Source: a virus
Taxonomy: Duplodnaviria > Caudoviricetes
Virus record (IMG/VR): IMGVR_UViG_3300037247_000710
Location: 1 to 52,130 of that record
Length of the DNA: 52,130 nt
Reading direction: 5' to 3' (one strand)
Part shown: piece by piece, positions 1-10,114 of the stretch
How the letters are laid out: the number at the start of each line of letters is the position of its first letter
Numbering within the stretch: the stretch's first letter is position 1
Position numbers and translations under genes: made by a program
The notes under the pieces: model-generated
Database searches by the model: none
The model's input: the letters and a program-made list of their open reading frames with translations, nothing else
What the model was told of the DNA's origin: nothing

Positions 1-2
1 CA

Positions 3-275
3 CAGACTGTTCCACTTGATCAGTATCAGACTCCGTTCAACGTGAGCCTTGGTATCGTCATAACGGGAACGGTGGACGTCACTGTCGAATTTACTTTCGA
101 CGACGTGTTCGGAGACTTTCCCGGACCCCACAGTTGGATCGCTCATCCTGATCTGACTGGAATCACAGCTGACGCAGATGCAACGTTCATCTCCCCTGTC
201 AGCGCCTGTAGACTGCTAACTAACTCTGGTGACGGAGAAGCGGTCCTGAGGATAATCCAAGCCGGTCTCACCTAG
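3..275 (+). CDS. 5'-truncated virion-associated protein
   Basis: Frame open from the window edge (QTVPLDQYQTPFNVSLG...) to TAG at 273-275; beta-rich; first gene of a tightly coupled structural operon. Confidence 0.6.
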   Translation, partial: QTVPLDQYQTPFNVSLGIVITGTVDVTVEFTFDDVFGDFPGPHSWIAHPDLTGITADADATFISPVSACRLLTNSGDGEAVLRIIQAGLT

Positions 276-454
276 TGGGCGGCTCAACTGGAAGCGGAGT
301 GACCGCATCGTCGGTCACTTCCCTCCTTGTGACCAGTGACAGAGTCACCGGTCCTCCGGCTGGTGTTACCGGAGATATCCTTCTCATCGACGATGGCGGC
401 GATGCTTTACTCATCGACGACGCCACCTCAGACAATCGACTCATCGAGGACTAG
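275..454 (+). CDS. Small acidic protein (59 aa), putative tail-fibre adaptor; not in ORF track
   Basis: GTG overlaps upstream TAG; reads MGGSTGSG...DILLIDDGGDALLIDDATSDNRLIED*; fills the gap before the fibre gene. Confidence 0.55.
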   Translation: MGGSTGSGVTASSVTSLLVTSDRVTGPPAGVTGDILLIDDGGDALLIDDATSDNRLIED

Positions 455-457
455 CTC

Positions 458-3400
458 ATGGCTAACTCAACCATCCCCAATCTTGTTGCCGTATCAGTCC
501 CTGCGCTCACGGATTTGTTTGGAGTTCGTCAGAGCGGAGACTCACGGGACAAGAAATTAACTGTCACTCAACTTATTACTCTACTTCCGGGTGGAGGTGA
601 CGTCACGAAAGTCGGCACTCCTGTAGATAATCAAATTGGTGTCTGGACTGGCGACGGTACGATTGAAGGTGATGCGAATTTCACATGGGACGGTCACCTA
701 CGGATACCTCAGGTCAATGAAGCGGCAACGCCGACATTCCAGATAGGTGCAACTAACACAGGACTGTACGGTCCTGTGGCAAACGTAATTTCAGTATCTA
801 TCGCGGGAGTCCAGAAATGGTCTTTCCAAGCAGATCGAATCAACTCTGCTGGTAGTGGCGGCGGCATAGAATTTGCTACTCCGACAGCTACTGATCCTTC
901 TCTCATACCGAATGTCACTGATCTAGATACAGGTATCGGTTGGAATGCTGCAGATCAACTTTCACTCACCGCTGGCGGACAGGAAATGGCTCGCCTCACG
1001 GAAGGTACTGGTGTAAATCAATTTGCAATAAAGCAATCAGGTGCTTCAACAGTTCCTGATCTTACTTCTCTTGGAGATCCTGACACCGGATTTAGATGGA
1101 CAGGTTCCAATGAAATTATAGCCATCCATTCTAATGTTCGATCATGGCATTTCCTCCAAGGCTCATTCTTTGCTGATGCCAGTGATGGACCGATCCTATT
1201 CAATACGTTTGGGTCTTCGACCGTACCAAGTATCTGCGTGGAAAGAGGTGATGCGAACACAGGTCTTGGAGCGGCTGGTTCCGACGCGATGGCGTTGATT
1301 TCTGGTGGTGTTCCGGGACTTATTCTTAAAGAACTGAACTCCGGCGTGATACAAGCTCCTAATGCCGGAGTAGCGATAACAGCGTTTGCTACCGGTGGAC
1401 AGGGAAGTGCAACGCAGTTGAACCAATCCAACAACGTCATCACGACTGTCGCTACGACTGGTGACTCGGTAAAACTTCCCCCGGTCTTTCTTATCAATTC
1501 GGTCATCTTCGTCAAGAACGATGGAGCGAATGCCGCTGATGTCTTTCCGGCAACCGGGGATGATCTCGGTGAAGGTCTGAACACAGCTGTCTCACTCGCG
1601 TCGGGAGCATCTATCTCGTTCATAGCGACTGTTGCGAATGCAACATGGACTCAGTGGATAATAAGCGTTGCTGGCGGAGGAGGTATCGCCGCTGTAGTCG
1701 ATGACCCGTCGCCCCAACTTGGCGGCAATCTGGATACGAATGGCTTCAACATCGTCAATGCGGATACTACTTTAACGTCGGTGAGTATTACTGCTGGCAC
1801 TGACCCTGCTGATGAAGGTGGTGATCTGGACCTGTCCTCAGGTGATTCAGGTGTCGGCGCGACAGGTGACGCTGGCGCTGTGAACATCTTAGCGGGTGAA
1901 TCATTAGCGACGAATGGAGCTGGTGGTGTCCTAAGTATTAAATCAGGTGCGGGTATCGGAACAGGCGCAGGCGGCGACATACTCATAGAAGTCGGCGAAG
2001 GCGGAGCACCCGGTCCCGGCACAAGCGGAAACTTTTTCCTTAACACCTTAACTGGTGCCAATGCTGCCGCCGGGTTGCAAGTTCCTCTTCCCGGTCTCGT
2101 AGCAATGTACGGTGTCGGACGTACTGGTGAAGGACAAGCAGGCAACTTAGAACTCTGGGGCGGATATGCCGCAGGCACCGGAGGCGGGTCGGCAGGCGGC
2201 AATCTTTCGCTCTTTGGCGGCGGGCAAGGCGGCGGCTCCGGCGTAGGTGGCGATGCGAGGCTCATTGGCGGCGAGAGCGATAACAATCCGGGTGATGCCT
2301 CTATGAGAGGCGGCATAGCGACCGTCAGCGGTATCGGTGGATCTGCGTTGATCAATGGTGGTGCTGGTACTACTGGATTCGCTGGCGGCACTGTTGTCAT
2401 CAGAGGTGGTTTCGGAGCCGGAACCGGCAATGGCGGGCAAACCAATCTGATCGGAGGCCAGTCAGGAAACGGCGCAACTGGTGATGGTGGCAATGTAGAA
2501 GTTGTTGGTGGTGGCGGAGTATCAACCGCTGGTGCAGGTGGCGATGCCACAATTGCTTCCGGCGTAGGTATTAGCGCTGGTCCTGATGGAGATATTTTTC
2601 TCAAGATCGGTAATAACAATCAGTTCGAAGTTGATGGCACGCTTGCGCTGGGCTTTCATGCAGTTAATGCCGGTGGACCGTCAATACTTAATGAACTGGC
2701 ATCAGCTACTAATCCGACAGTCGTACCAAACAGGACGGATCTGGATACGGGTATCGGTTGGAACGCAGCCGATATATTGTCACTGATCGCTGGTGGTGAT
2801 GAGATCGCCCGAGCGGTAGAAGTTCCCGGTGCGAACCAGCTCATTCTGTCTCCAACAATCTTGGACAACAATCAGGCGGCTCCGACACTCGCATTCGGTG
2901 ACGGCAACACTGGATTCTTTGAATCTTCTGACAATACATTAGTGGTCACTACTGGAGCAGTACAAAAATTTGAGTGGAATAGTAATTTCTACAGAGGAGT
3001 AACCTCCGGGAGTGGTGCTCTAGCGAACGAGGTAGCATCTACTACTAATCCGACATTACTCCCAAGTAGTTCAGATACCGACACAGGCATCGGCCTCGCC
3101 GCAGCAGATCAGGTCTCGATCATTGGTGGTGGAGTAGAGCTTGCACGAGCAGTTGAAGCGACTGGTGCGAACCAGTTCATCATCTCTCCGGGTGCAACAC
3201 AGAATGCTCCGACAACTCCATCGCTCGCTTTCGGTGACGGGAACACTGGATTCTTCGAGTCCGCTGACAACACCCTGAAAATAGCAGTAGGGAACGCAGC
3301 TAGGTGGCAGTTCCAAGCGAATAACTTCTTGGCTGAAAATTCCGCTGGTCCATTCATGTTCAATGCCGCTGCCACTTCTGGCACGTCTCCGATCATGGGA

Positions 3401-3619
3401 CCAAATCGCGGCGACAACAATACAGGTATCGGGCACGGCGCTGCTGATCAACTGGATCTCATCGCAGGCTCATTGAATTGCATAACGATCAGGACAGTCG
3501 CAGCCGCTCGTCAAATAGGTTTCTACAATGCTACTCCCGTCGCACAACAGACTGGAGTAGCAGTGAGTACCGCAGCGATTCACGCGGCGCTAGTCTCACT
3601 GGGATTGATTACTGCTTAA
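458..3619 (+). CDS. Tail fibre/spike-like protein 1 (1053 aa)
   Basis: G/A/T/S-rich; repeated PxxxDxDTGIGxxAADxLSLxxGG and PxxxFGDGNTGFF units; Gly-rich centre; C-terminal IGFYNATPVAQQ...LVSLGLI end. Confidence 0.8.
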   Translation: MANSTIPNLVAVSVPALTDLFGVRQSGDSRDKKLTVTQLITLLPGGGDVTKVGTPVDNQIGVWTGDGTIEGDANFTWDGHLRIPQVNEAATPTFQIGATNTGLYGPVANVISVSIAGVQKWSFQADRINSAGSGGGIEFATPTATDPSLIPNVTDLDTGIGWNAADQLSLTAGGQEMARLTEGTGVNQFAIKQSGASTVPDLTSLGDPDTGFRWTGSNEIIAIHSNVRSWHFLQGSFFADASDGPILFNTFGSSTVPSICVERGDANTGLGAAGSDAMALISGGVPGLILKELNSGVIQAPNAGVAITAFATGGQGSATQLNQSNNVITTVATTGDSVKLPPVFLINSVIFVKNDGANAADVFPATGDDLGEGLNTAVSLASGASISFIATVANATWTQWIISVAGGGGIAAVVDDPSPQLGGNLDTNGFNIVNADTTLTSVSITAGTDPADEGGDLDLSSGDSGVGATGDAGAVNILAGESLATNGAGGVLSIKSGAGIGTGAGGDILIEVGEGGAPGPGTSGNFFLNTLTGANAAAGLQVPLPGLVAMYGVGRTGEGQAGNLELWGGYAAGTGGGSAGGNLSLFGGGQGGGSGVGGDARLIGGESDNNPGDASMRGGIATVSGIGGSALINGGAGTTGFAGGTVVIRGGFGAGTGNGGQTNLIGGQSGNGATGDGGNVEVVGGGGVSTAGAGGDATIASGVGISAGPDGDIFLKIGNNNQFEVDGTLALGFHAVNAGGPSILNELASATNPTVVPNRTDLDTGIGWNAADILSLIAGGDEIARAVEVPGANQLILSPTILDNNQAAPTLAFGDGNTGFFESSDNTLVVTTGAVQKFEWNSNFYRGVTSGSGALANEVASTTNPTLLPSSSDTDTGIGLAAADQVSIIGGGVELARAVEATGANQFIISPGATQNAPTTPSLAFGDGNTGFFESADNTLKIAVGNAARWQFQANNFLAENSAGPFMFNAAATSGTSPIMGPNRGDNNTGIGHGAADQLDLIAGSLNCITIRTVAAARQIGFYNATPVAQQTGVAVSTAAIHAALVSLGLITA

Positions 3620-3632
3620 CAGGAGAGAGAAC

Positions 3633-4478
3633 ATGGGTAAGAACGTAGGACTGACATACGGAGAGTTCAAGTTCCCGGCGGAACAAGGCTTCACCGGCTC
3701 AGCTGGCGTGAATAAGGTGAAGGGCTACATGCGCGGCGGACACGTGAAGAAAACCGGTACCGCTAACGCCAAGCATGGCGGCTACATGGAGGGTGGATTA
3801 CACCCGAGTGCATCTCGGCGTGCAGTGGGTACGACACGCTCTGCGAAGGGTGGCAAGGTCATGAAGTACGCTGAGGGCGGCTACTACGGCAAGCCCGGTG
3901 ACAAGTATCCGACACTGAAGTCTGGTCCGAAGGGGAAACAGGGCAGCAGCCTGCCGAAGAACGTTAAGAAGCATGGTGGCAAGGTGTCGATGCACGACAA
4001 GCTCAAGCACGAAGGCGGCAAGATGGGTTATGCCTACGGTGGTCAGGTGAAAGACACCTCCAGCGAGTTCCTAGCGACACGTGGCAAGCAGGACACGATG
4101 GACCACGGTGTGCAGCCTGCACAGACAGGTCGCAATCAAGCAGAAGTCGAGGCTGGTGGCAACAAGCGTCTGAAGGCTGGGTATAGGAAAGGTGGCGTTA
4201 TCAAAGGACCGAAAAAAGGTGTGCATCGCGTGCGTGGTGTATTAGGTAAGCAAGTGCTTAGCGGTCTGAAGAAATTGAGAGGCGTCATGTCGGAGGGCGA
4301 CCGTGCTGCATCTCGGCGTATAGCTTCCGGTAAGAACATGCCGAAAAACGTTAAGGCGCATGGTGGACTCGCGAAGTACGCACACGGTGGTGCCGCTCGA
4401 AAACCGTACACCGGTTACAACAAACAGCCGGGAGGTAGTGGCAACGAAGACGCGAGGTATATGCAAGCAAAAAAATAG
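3633..4478 (+). CDS. Basic G/K-rich virion-associated protein with about 13 xxx-GG motifs
   Basis: RBS AGGAGA; YMRGG, YMEGG, YAEGG, YAYGG, YRKGG, YAHGG etc.; internal repeat PKNVKxHGG. Confidence 0.75.
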   Translation: MGKNVGLTYGEFKFPAEQGFTGSAGVNKVKGYMRGGHVKKTGTANAKHGGYMEGGLHPSASRRAVGTTRSAKGGKVMKYAEGGYYGKPGDKYPTLKSGPKGKQGSSLPKNVKKHGGKVSMHDKLKHEGGKMGYAYGGQVKDTSSEFLATRGKQDTMDHGVQPAQTGRNQAEVEAGGNKRLKAGYRKGGVIKGPKKGVHRVRGVLGKQVLSGLKKLRGVMSEGDRAASRRIASGKNMPKNVKAHGGLAKYAHGGAARKPYTGYNKQPGGSGNEDARYMQAKK

Positions 4479-4480
4479 GA

Positions 4481-4624
4481 ATGGCGCGAGGGGGCTCCGT
4501 TGAAAAGGTAGCCCGTCGCGTCGCGGAAAAGGTAATGGATCGTCACATCAGGTCCCCGAGACCAAAAGGTCACGGGACGAAACCCCGTGGTGGTCGTAGC
4601 AGGGTGAGAGGAGGCGGCTACTAA
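4481..4624 (+). CDS. 47-aa basic ORF MARGGSVEKVARR..., standalone or -1 frameshift extension of the 3633 ORF
   Basis: Fills the gap exactly, TAA overlaps next ATG; begins with the same xxGG motif; poorly spaced RBS. Confidence 0.55.
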   Translation: MARGGSVEKVARRVAEKVMDRHIRSPRPKGHGTKPRGGRSRVRGGGY

Positions 4625-5700
4625 TGCCAACAACTGGGACAGTCGGTTCGACCATCTTTACGAATCAGCAGATCATTGATCATGCTTTTCGTCGCTGCAA
4701 GATGGTTGAGCAAGAGATCACGGGCGAACACATAACGATTGCTCTCGATCTGCTGTGGTTGTACACGCAGACGCTGGTTAACAGAGGTATCAAGCTCTGG
4801 AACCTCGTACCTCTCCTTGAGCCGATCTACCATCGGCAGCAAACTCTTCCACTTCCTATCGGTACCGAAGATACGTACACCATCAACCTGCGTAATCAGC
4901 AGGTGCTTGGTGGACAGGCGAGTGCCACGGAAGGAGTTGCTGACAATGCATTCGACAGGGATCTGACTACTGCGTGTACGCAGGTGTCGGCTGCGGGATC
5001 GATCACTCTGCTAATAGAGAGCGCTACTTATGTGTCCACTTTCGGCATCTTGCCGAACGTCACCGACACGTGGGACTACGTGATCGAGGGATCGAACGAC
5101 AACTTTGTGTCGCAGACAGTGACGCTTCTTACGCGGACAGCTCAAGCAGTCGTTGCAAATCAGTGGCTCTGGGTTGACGTCCAAGGACCATTCGCGACTG
5201 GTGTCACAGATTTCATTTCGTACCGACTGCGAGCAACAGGTACTACGGTGCTTGATGTAATTGAGTTGGAGTTTCAGCATACGCCCAACGAAATTCCAAT
5301 GTACAAACTCAATCGGAACGATTACGTGAACCTGCCTGACAAGATCAGCACGGGAAGACCGACACAGTTCTGGTATGACAGACAACGCACGATCCCAGAG
5401 CTGGAGTTGTGGCCTAATCCCGGAGCTGAGTTTACGTTTCAGCAGGTGACAGGTTACGTGCAGAGACAATTGCAAGACGTCGGTGAGATGGTGGATGAAC
5501 TGGAGGTCCCTGACCGCTGGTACCTTGCCATCGTATGTAACTTGGCGGCAGAATTGGGCAGGGAATTGAGAGAGGTGGACGAGATAATTGTTCCCCGACT
5601 GGACCTCGACGCCCAAAAGTATTTGAGCGACGCATGGACAGGAGAGACCGACGAGTCTGAAGTGTACTTGCGTCCTAACATATCGCCATACACGAGGTAG
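4624..5700 (+). CDS. Head-tail adaptor-like protein with inserted beta-sandwich domain
   Basis: N-terminal helices (IIDHAFRRC...NRGIKLW) and C-terminal Y..LPDK.STGRPTQFWYDR..LWP.P motif; central discoidin-like segment (DNAFDRDLTT...EGSND...YRLR). Confidence 0.6.
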   Translation: MPTTGTVGSTIFTNQQIIDHAFRRCKMVEQEITGEHITIALDLLWLYTQTLVNRGIKLWNLVPLLEPIYHRQQTLPLPIGTEDTYTINLRNQQVLGGQASATEGVADNAFDRDLTTACTQVSAAGSITLLIESATYVSTFGILPNVTDTWDYVIEGSNDNFVSQTVTLLTRTAQAVVANQWLWVDVQGPFATGVTDFISYRLRATGTTVLDVIELEFQHTPNEIPMYKLNRNDYVNLPDKISTGRPTQFWYDRQRTIPELELWPNPGAEFTFQQVTGYVQRQLQDVGEMVDELEVPDRWYLAIVCNLAAELGRELREVDEIIVPRLDLDAQKYLSDAWTGETDESEVYLRPNISPYTR

Positions 5701-5702
5701 TC

Positions 5703-6068
5703 ATGCCTATCTTTTTAGATCCAACTGGGAACACGACTTACGGAATAGGTATCTGTGCTCGATGTAGCTGTAAGTTTTTCCTGCACGAGTTGCACTCTGA
5801 TCCGAACACACCGGGGTTGAAAGTTTGCATCGACGATCTCGATGATTACGATCCGTATCGTTTAGCTCCGAGGCAAGCAGATCGAATTACGTTACCGTTC
5901 TATCGACCTGATGAAGATCTGACGCCGGGAGGACCGAATCCGAATCCGATTTCCTTGTTTGGTGTTCGGGACGCTTTTGGCGCGAGCCCACGTGAATCGG
6001 AAGACGGAAGACTGCGAGTGCTTGAGGACGCTACTGTGAACGAGAACGAGGTAGATCTCGATGCCTAA
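5703..6068 (+). CDS. Small Cys-containing virion protein
   Basis: GICARC...GLKVC..DLDDYDPY; acidic end (ESEDGRLRVLED) precedes fibre 2. Confidence 0.7.
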   Translation: MPIFLDPTGNTTYGIGICARCSCKFFLHELHSDPNTPGLKVCIDDLDDYDPYRLAPRQADRITLPFYRPDEDLTPGGPNPNPISLFGVRDAFGASPRESEDGRLRVLEDATVNENEVDLDA

Positions 6069-9000
6069 TATAAAAATCTCCGATCTGCCTCCTATTACGT
6101 TGCCCGCTGTTGGAGATGAAAGTTTCTTCGAGGTGCAGACAGTTGAAGCGGGACAAGATGTCAGCCGAAAGATTTCGTTAGACGAGATCGTAAGTACCAC
6201 GGGGTTGGATGCATCCTTCCTCACGGTGTCTGCGAACGCGCAGCTGCCGAACGAACGAGTGCTGACTGAAGGGACTGGCATCTCCTTCGTTGACACTGGG
6301 CCGAACGGTACGCTGACGATCAATGCATCTGGAGTTACGTTCCCGCTGCTAGCTCCTTCCGGTTCTGCCGCTGCTCCATCATATGCGTTTACTGATGGTG
6401 ATTCAGGGTTCTTCGAACCTCTAGATGACAACATCCAAATTTCGCTGGTAGGTACAGCCCGATTCTTCTGGGAGTTGGATACATACAATGCTGAGGTAGG
6501 AACTGGTCCTGCGATGATAAACGTCGCTGCAAGTGCCACGGTTCCGGGATTTGTTCCAAGAAGGTCTGATCCAAATACAGGTTTGGGCTCCGCTGGTAAT
6601 GACATCTTGTCACTCATCGTAGGCGGAGTGTCAATAGCTCAAGCTACAAGCGTCGGCAATAATCAATTCGCGATAGCTCAATCAGGTTCATCATCCGTTC
6701 CTGAACTTACTTCTCTTGCAGACCCTGACACAGGATTCAGGTGGACAGGGGCTAATCAACTTACCTTCATCGGCAGTGGAAGTCGTGCGTGGCACTTCAC
6801 CAGTGCGAGGTTCTTCTCGGAGTTCAGTCAAGGTCCAGCTCTTCTAAACGTCACAGCGGACAATGATGTTCCCACTGTTCTAGCTGATCAATCAGATGCG
6901 AATACTGGTATCGGCTCGTCTGGAAACGATGAGATGTCATTGATTGCGGGTGGAGTTGAAGCTATCCGTATTGATGAAACGGCTGGAGCGATCCAAGTCA
7001 TCGTCGATCCCGGTCTCACCAATACAAGCGACGCTACTCCACCGTTAGCATTTGGAGGAGGCACAGTAGGATTCAGGTCTCCAGACAGTGATCAGATCTT
7101 CGCCATTCTCAGTGGGGCAGCGCAATGGAGATTTAGTACAGCAGATTTCAATGCAAACATTACAGATGGACCCGCACTTCGGTTCGTAACTCCGAGTGGC
7201 ATAGTCCCATCCCTTCTCCCCAATCAAAACGACACTGATACAGGTATCGGACAGAATGCAGCCGATGACCTATCCCTCATCGGTGGTGGTGTTGAATTGG
7301 CGAGAACGATCACTGCCGCAACAGGTGGAATGCTCGTTAACAATACGTTGACAGGTGCAGGATTGGAACGAGTCCTGACAGTATCTGATATAACTACTCC
7401 TGATCCGATACTACTTTCAGATGGTTCTGCCGCTGCTCCATCGTACAGTTTCGCTTCTGACACTGACATCGGTATGTTCCGTGTCGGTGCTGACATTTTA
7501 GGATTGTCAGCCAATTCGACGTTGATAGCTCAGGTCGTCGGTTCTCCCGGAGCCGATCAATTCGTTGTTGCTCCCGGAGCCGTTCAGAATAATGTTTCTG
7601 CTCCAGATCTTGGGTTCGGTGATGGTGACACTGGCGTCATGGAGACTGTGGACGACACTATCGCGCTCGTCACGGGAGCTGTTCTAGCAGTTCGGTACGC
7701 GAGATCAGGTTCTGGAATAACCCAAGTCAATGCCAGCGCAACTGGATTAGTTGCAAGCGTCACGCAGACCCAAGCTGGAGGTCTTGCGCTACTCAGTTCG
7801 TATAACGAAATTGCGACGGTAGCCAATTCAGGTGATGCGCTGACTGCCTTCCCTGTTCTTGAAGGTTCTCGTCTTATTGTTATCAACAACGGAGCCAATG
7901 ATCTTCAGTTATTCCCAGACGTCGGTGACGACTTTGGAGCAGGAGTTGACACGGCGATAACAATCGCGGCGGGAGAGATTGGAATATTCCTCGGTCAAAG
8001 CTCTACAGTTTGGGACACGCTGAAGAACGCTCCTGCTACAGGAGGTGGTGATGTAATCAAGGTCGGCACGCCTGTTGATAATCAGGTTGGAGTATGGACC
8101 GGAGACGGTACTATCGAGGGAACTACCGGGCTCACCTATGATGGGTCTGATCTAGATATCACGGGCAACATCACACTCACGGGTACTGTTGACGGCATCG
8201 ACATTGCAGTGGATGTCGCAGCTAACACCCTCAAAATCACGAACGCAACGCATACTGGGCAAGTCACAGGTGCCACGGCACTTGCCCTTGATGTCACCGC
8301 GATCACGGCTCAACCTGCTGCTGGCATACTGATCGGTGCGGATACATTTATCGTCAATGACGGTGGTGTTCTGTCCGAGATCACAGCTACCCAGATGGCT
8401 ACGTTCTTTGGAAATGCTATCCCCGGAACTGTCACGAATTCCATGCTTCGGTTTGACGGGGCGGATTTCATTGAAGAAACGCAAGTTCAAGTCACAGCTG
8501 CCGGTGTCTTCTCTGTCCTCGATGCTACTCTTGCAGACTCTGTATCTATCAGTCATAACGGAGCAGCAGGAACGATTGCTTCGGTTGGTTCAACATCATT
8601 GTCCTTTACTGGAGTCGCTACTCAGTATTCATTCGACAATAACGTCGTAGTCGCAGGTGACATCACAGTTGCTGGAGGCAATCGACTCATCGTTCTTGAT
8701 GCAATTGCTACTGATTCAGTAGTAATTGATCACGATGGTACAGACGGCAATATCGTTTCCACGTTGACCGCAGACCTGAACTTCACTGGTGTGAGCGTCG
8801 GCTACAAATTCGACGAGAGCATCTACATCACAGAGAAGACGACTGCCAACGCTGACTTCGCTGGTCTAGGACAGTTCTGGACTCGCGATGACGTACCTAA
8901 TATCCCGATGTTCACGAACGATGTTGGGATAGATTTCAAACTCGGTGTTGCGAGTGACGCTGTTCAGGCGCGACGCACGACATCCTTCACGATCACTACA

Positions 9001-9408
9001 GCATTTACAGATGTGACGTTGGACACGACTGACATAGAGACTGATGACCAGATCATCGAGCATAGCGGCACCACCGATAACATCGAGGCTTTGGTGGCAG
9101 GCACCTACGAAGTTACTTACGGTGCAGACATCAGTCCCGCTGCCGCAGGTAACGATAATATAAGAGCTTTCGGTCGGGTCCGCTTGAATGACGCAGGAGT
9201 TGATCTTCCCGGATCACTTGCATCTCAGAGTGCGTTTGAGGATGCGTCAACTATTGGTAATCAGGTCTTTGGTCGCTTGCAGTGTTCATTCATTGTTGTG
9301 TTGGCAGTATCCGATTTTCTGACGCTGCAAATGATGAAAGTCGAGATAGGTGGAACTGGAACATTCTCCGCTGACGAAGTCACTGTCACTGTTAAGAGGT
9401 TACTGTAA
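6061..9408 (+). CDS. Tail fibre/spike-like protein 2 (1115 aa)
   Basis: MPNIKISDL start; GSAAAPSYxFxxDxDxG repeats; modules shared with fibre 1; beta-rich C-terminal domain. Confidence 0.8.
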   Translation: MPNIKISDLPPITLPAVGDESFFEVQTVEAGQDVSRKISLDEIVSTTGLDASFLTVSANAQLPNERVLTEGTGISFVDTGPNGTLTINASGVTFPLLAPSGSAAAPSYAFTDGDSGFFEPLDDNIQISLVGTARFFWELDTYNAEVGTGPAMINVAASATVPGFVPRRSDPNTGLGSAGNDILSLIVGGVSIAQATSVGNNQFAIAQSGSSSVPELTSLADPDTGFRWTGANQLTFIGSGSRAWHFTSARFFSEFSQGPALLNVTADNDVPTVLADQSDANTGIGSSGNDEMSLIAGGVEAIRIDETAGAIQVIVDPGLTNTSDATPPLAFGGGTVGFRSPDSDQIFAILSGAAQWRFSTADFNANITDGPALRFVTPSGIVPSLLPNQNDTDTGIGQNAADDLSLIGGGVELARTITAATGGMLVNNTLTGAGLERVLTVSDITTPDPILLSDGSAAAPSYSFASDTDIGMFRVGADILGLSANSTLIAQVVGSPGADQFVVAPGAVQNNVSAPDLGFGDGDTGVMETVDDTIALVTGAVLAVRYARSGSGITQVNASATGLVASVTQTQAGGLALLSSYNEIATVANSGDALTAFPVLEGSRLIVINNGANDLQLFPDVGDDFGAGVDTAITIAAGEIGIFLGQSSTVWDTLKNAPATGGGDVIKVGTPVDNQVGVWTGDGTIEGTTGLTYDGSDLDITGNITLTGTVDGIDIAVDVAANTLKITNATHTGQVTGATALALDVTAITAQPAAGILIGADTFIVNDGGVLSEITATQMATFFGNAIPGTVTNSMLRFDGADFIEETQVQVTAAGVFSVLDATLADSVSISHNGAAGTIASVGSTSLSFTGVATQYSFDNNVVVAGDITVAGGNRLIVLDAIATDSVVIDHDGTDGNIVSTLTADLNFTGVSVGYKFDESIYITEKTTANADFAGLGQFWTRDDVPNIPMFTNDVGIDFKLGVASDAVQARRTTSFTITTAFTDVTLDTTDIETDDQIIEHSGTTDNIEALVAGTYEVTYGADISPAAAGNDNIRAFGRVRLNDAGVDLPGSLASQSAFEDASTIGNQVFGRLQCSFIVVLAVSDFLTLQMMKVEIGGTGTFSADEVTVTVKRLL

Positions 9409-9785
9409 TGGGATTCAAAGTAGTGGCAACACTTTCTCACGATTGGATAAAGATTGCCGAGTTAGCAGGAGCCGAGCCGTTCCTCAACGTCTGGCATCCA
9501 GATACCACTGAATTAGAAGTTGAGAGTGTAGATCAAGCGACTCTCGACACGGCATTCGCTGATTACGTAGCCGACCAGACGAACATCGACGCCGCGACTC
9601 AGGCAGCAAGAAATACAGTTGGTAGAGATTTCGATAAGGATTTGTATGACAACAAACGTCTCTGGAGGGCAGTCGTTGAACTCCTGATCGACGAGATGAA
9701 CATACTCAGAACAATAGAAGGTTTACCCGACCGGACGATAGCGCAAGCTCGTTCGGCAATCCGCAACAAGATAGATAACTTATAG
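9408..9785 (+). CDS. Putative tail-fibre chaperone/accessory protein (paralog of 15041..15433)
   Basis: Coupled to fibre 2 stop (TAATG); shares ELEV...LDTAFADY and NILRxIEGLP with 15041 ORF. Confidence 0.65.
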   Translation: MGFKVVATLSHDWIKIAELAGAEPFLNVWHPDTTELEVESVDQATLDTAFADYVADQTNIDAATQAARNTVGRDFDKDLYDNKRLWRAVVELLIDEMNILRTIEGLPDRTIAQARSAIRNKIDNL

Positions 9786-9795
9786 GGCGAAGACA

Positions 9796-10113
9796 ATGGA
9801 ACAACCAAGAGTAGATCTCAACCCCCAGCAGGTTCAAATGGCCGCTAACGCGGGACTCTCATTATTGAACACCCCCGGAGCTGTGAATGTTCCGGGTCCG
9901 ATGGCTGTCAGTGGAGTGATAAAAACACTGGCGCAGCTGTTGACGGCTATCGTCAATCAAGAGGTGATGGTAGTTAACGTCCCGGTGCAATTGAAAGATG
10001 CGCCAAAACCTGCTGAGCCAGAAAATAAGGAGGTGGCAAAAGCAGTTGCAGCTGCCGTGGAATCGTCAGGAAATTCTGAGGAGTCTCCGGCTGCAAAGGT
10101 ATCGGAGAGATAA
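9796..10113 (+). CDS. Hypothetical protein
   Basis: Co-oriented ORF filling the gap in the operon. Confidence 0.6.
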   Translation: MEQPRVDLNPQQVQMAANAGLSLLNTPGAVNVPGPMAVSGVIKTLAQLLTAIVNQEVMVVNVPVQLKDAPKPAEPENKEVAKAVAAAVESSGNSEESPAAKVSER

Positions 10114-10114
10114 A

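Noticed and set aside
1651-2619. 322-aa Pro-rich - strand ORF and other long antisense ORFs (1018, 5892, 22511, 42564)
   Set aside because: Shadows of codon bias in the real genes on the opposite strand
458-9408. Diversity-generating retroelement (TR/VR) among fibre repeats
   Set aside because: Differences between copies are mostly synonymous and not adenine-specific; no reverse transcriptase in the window
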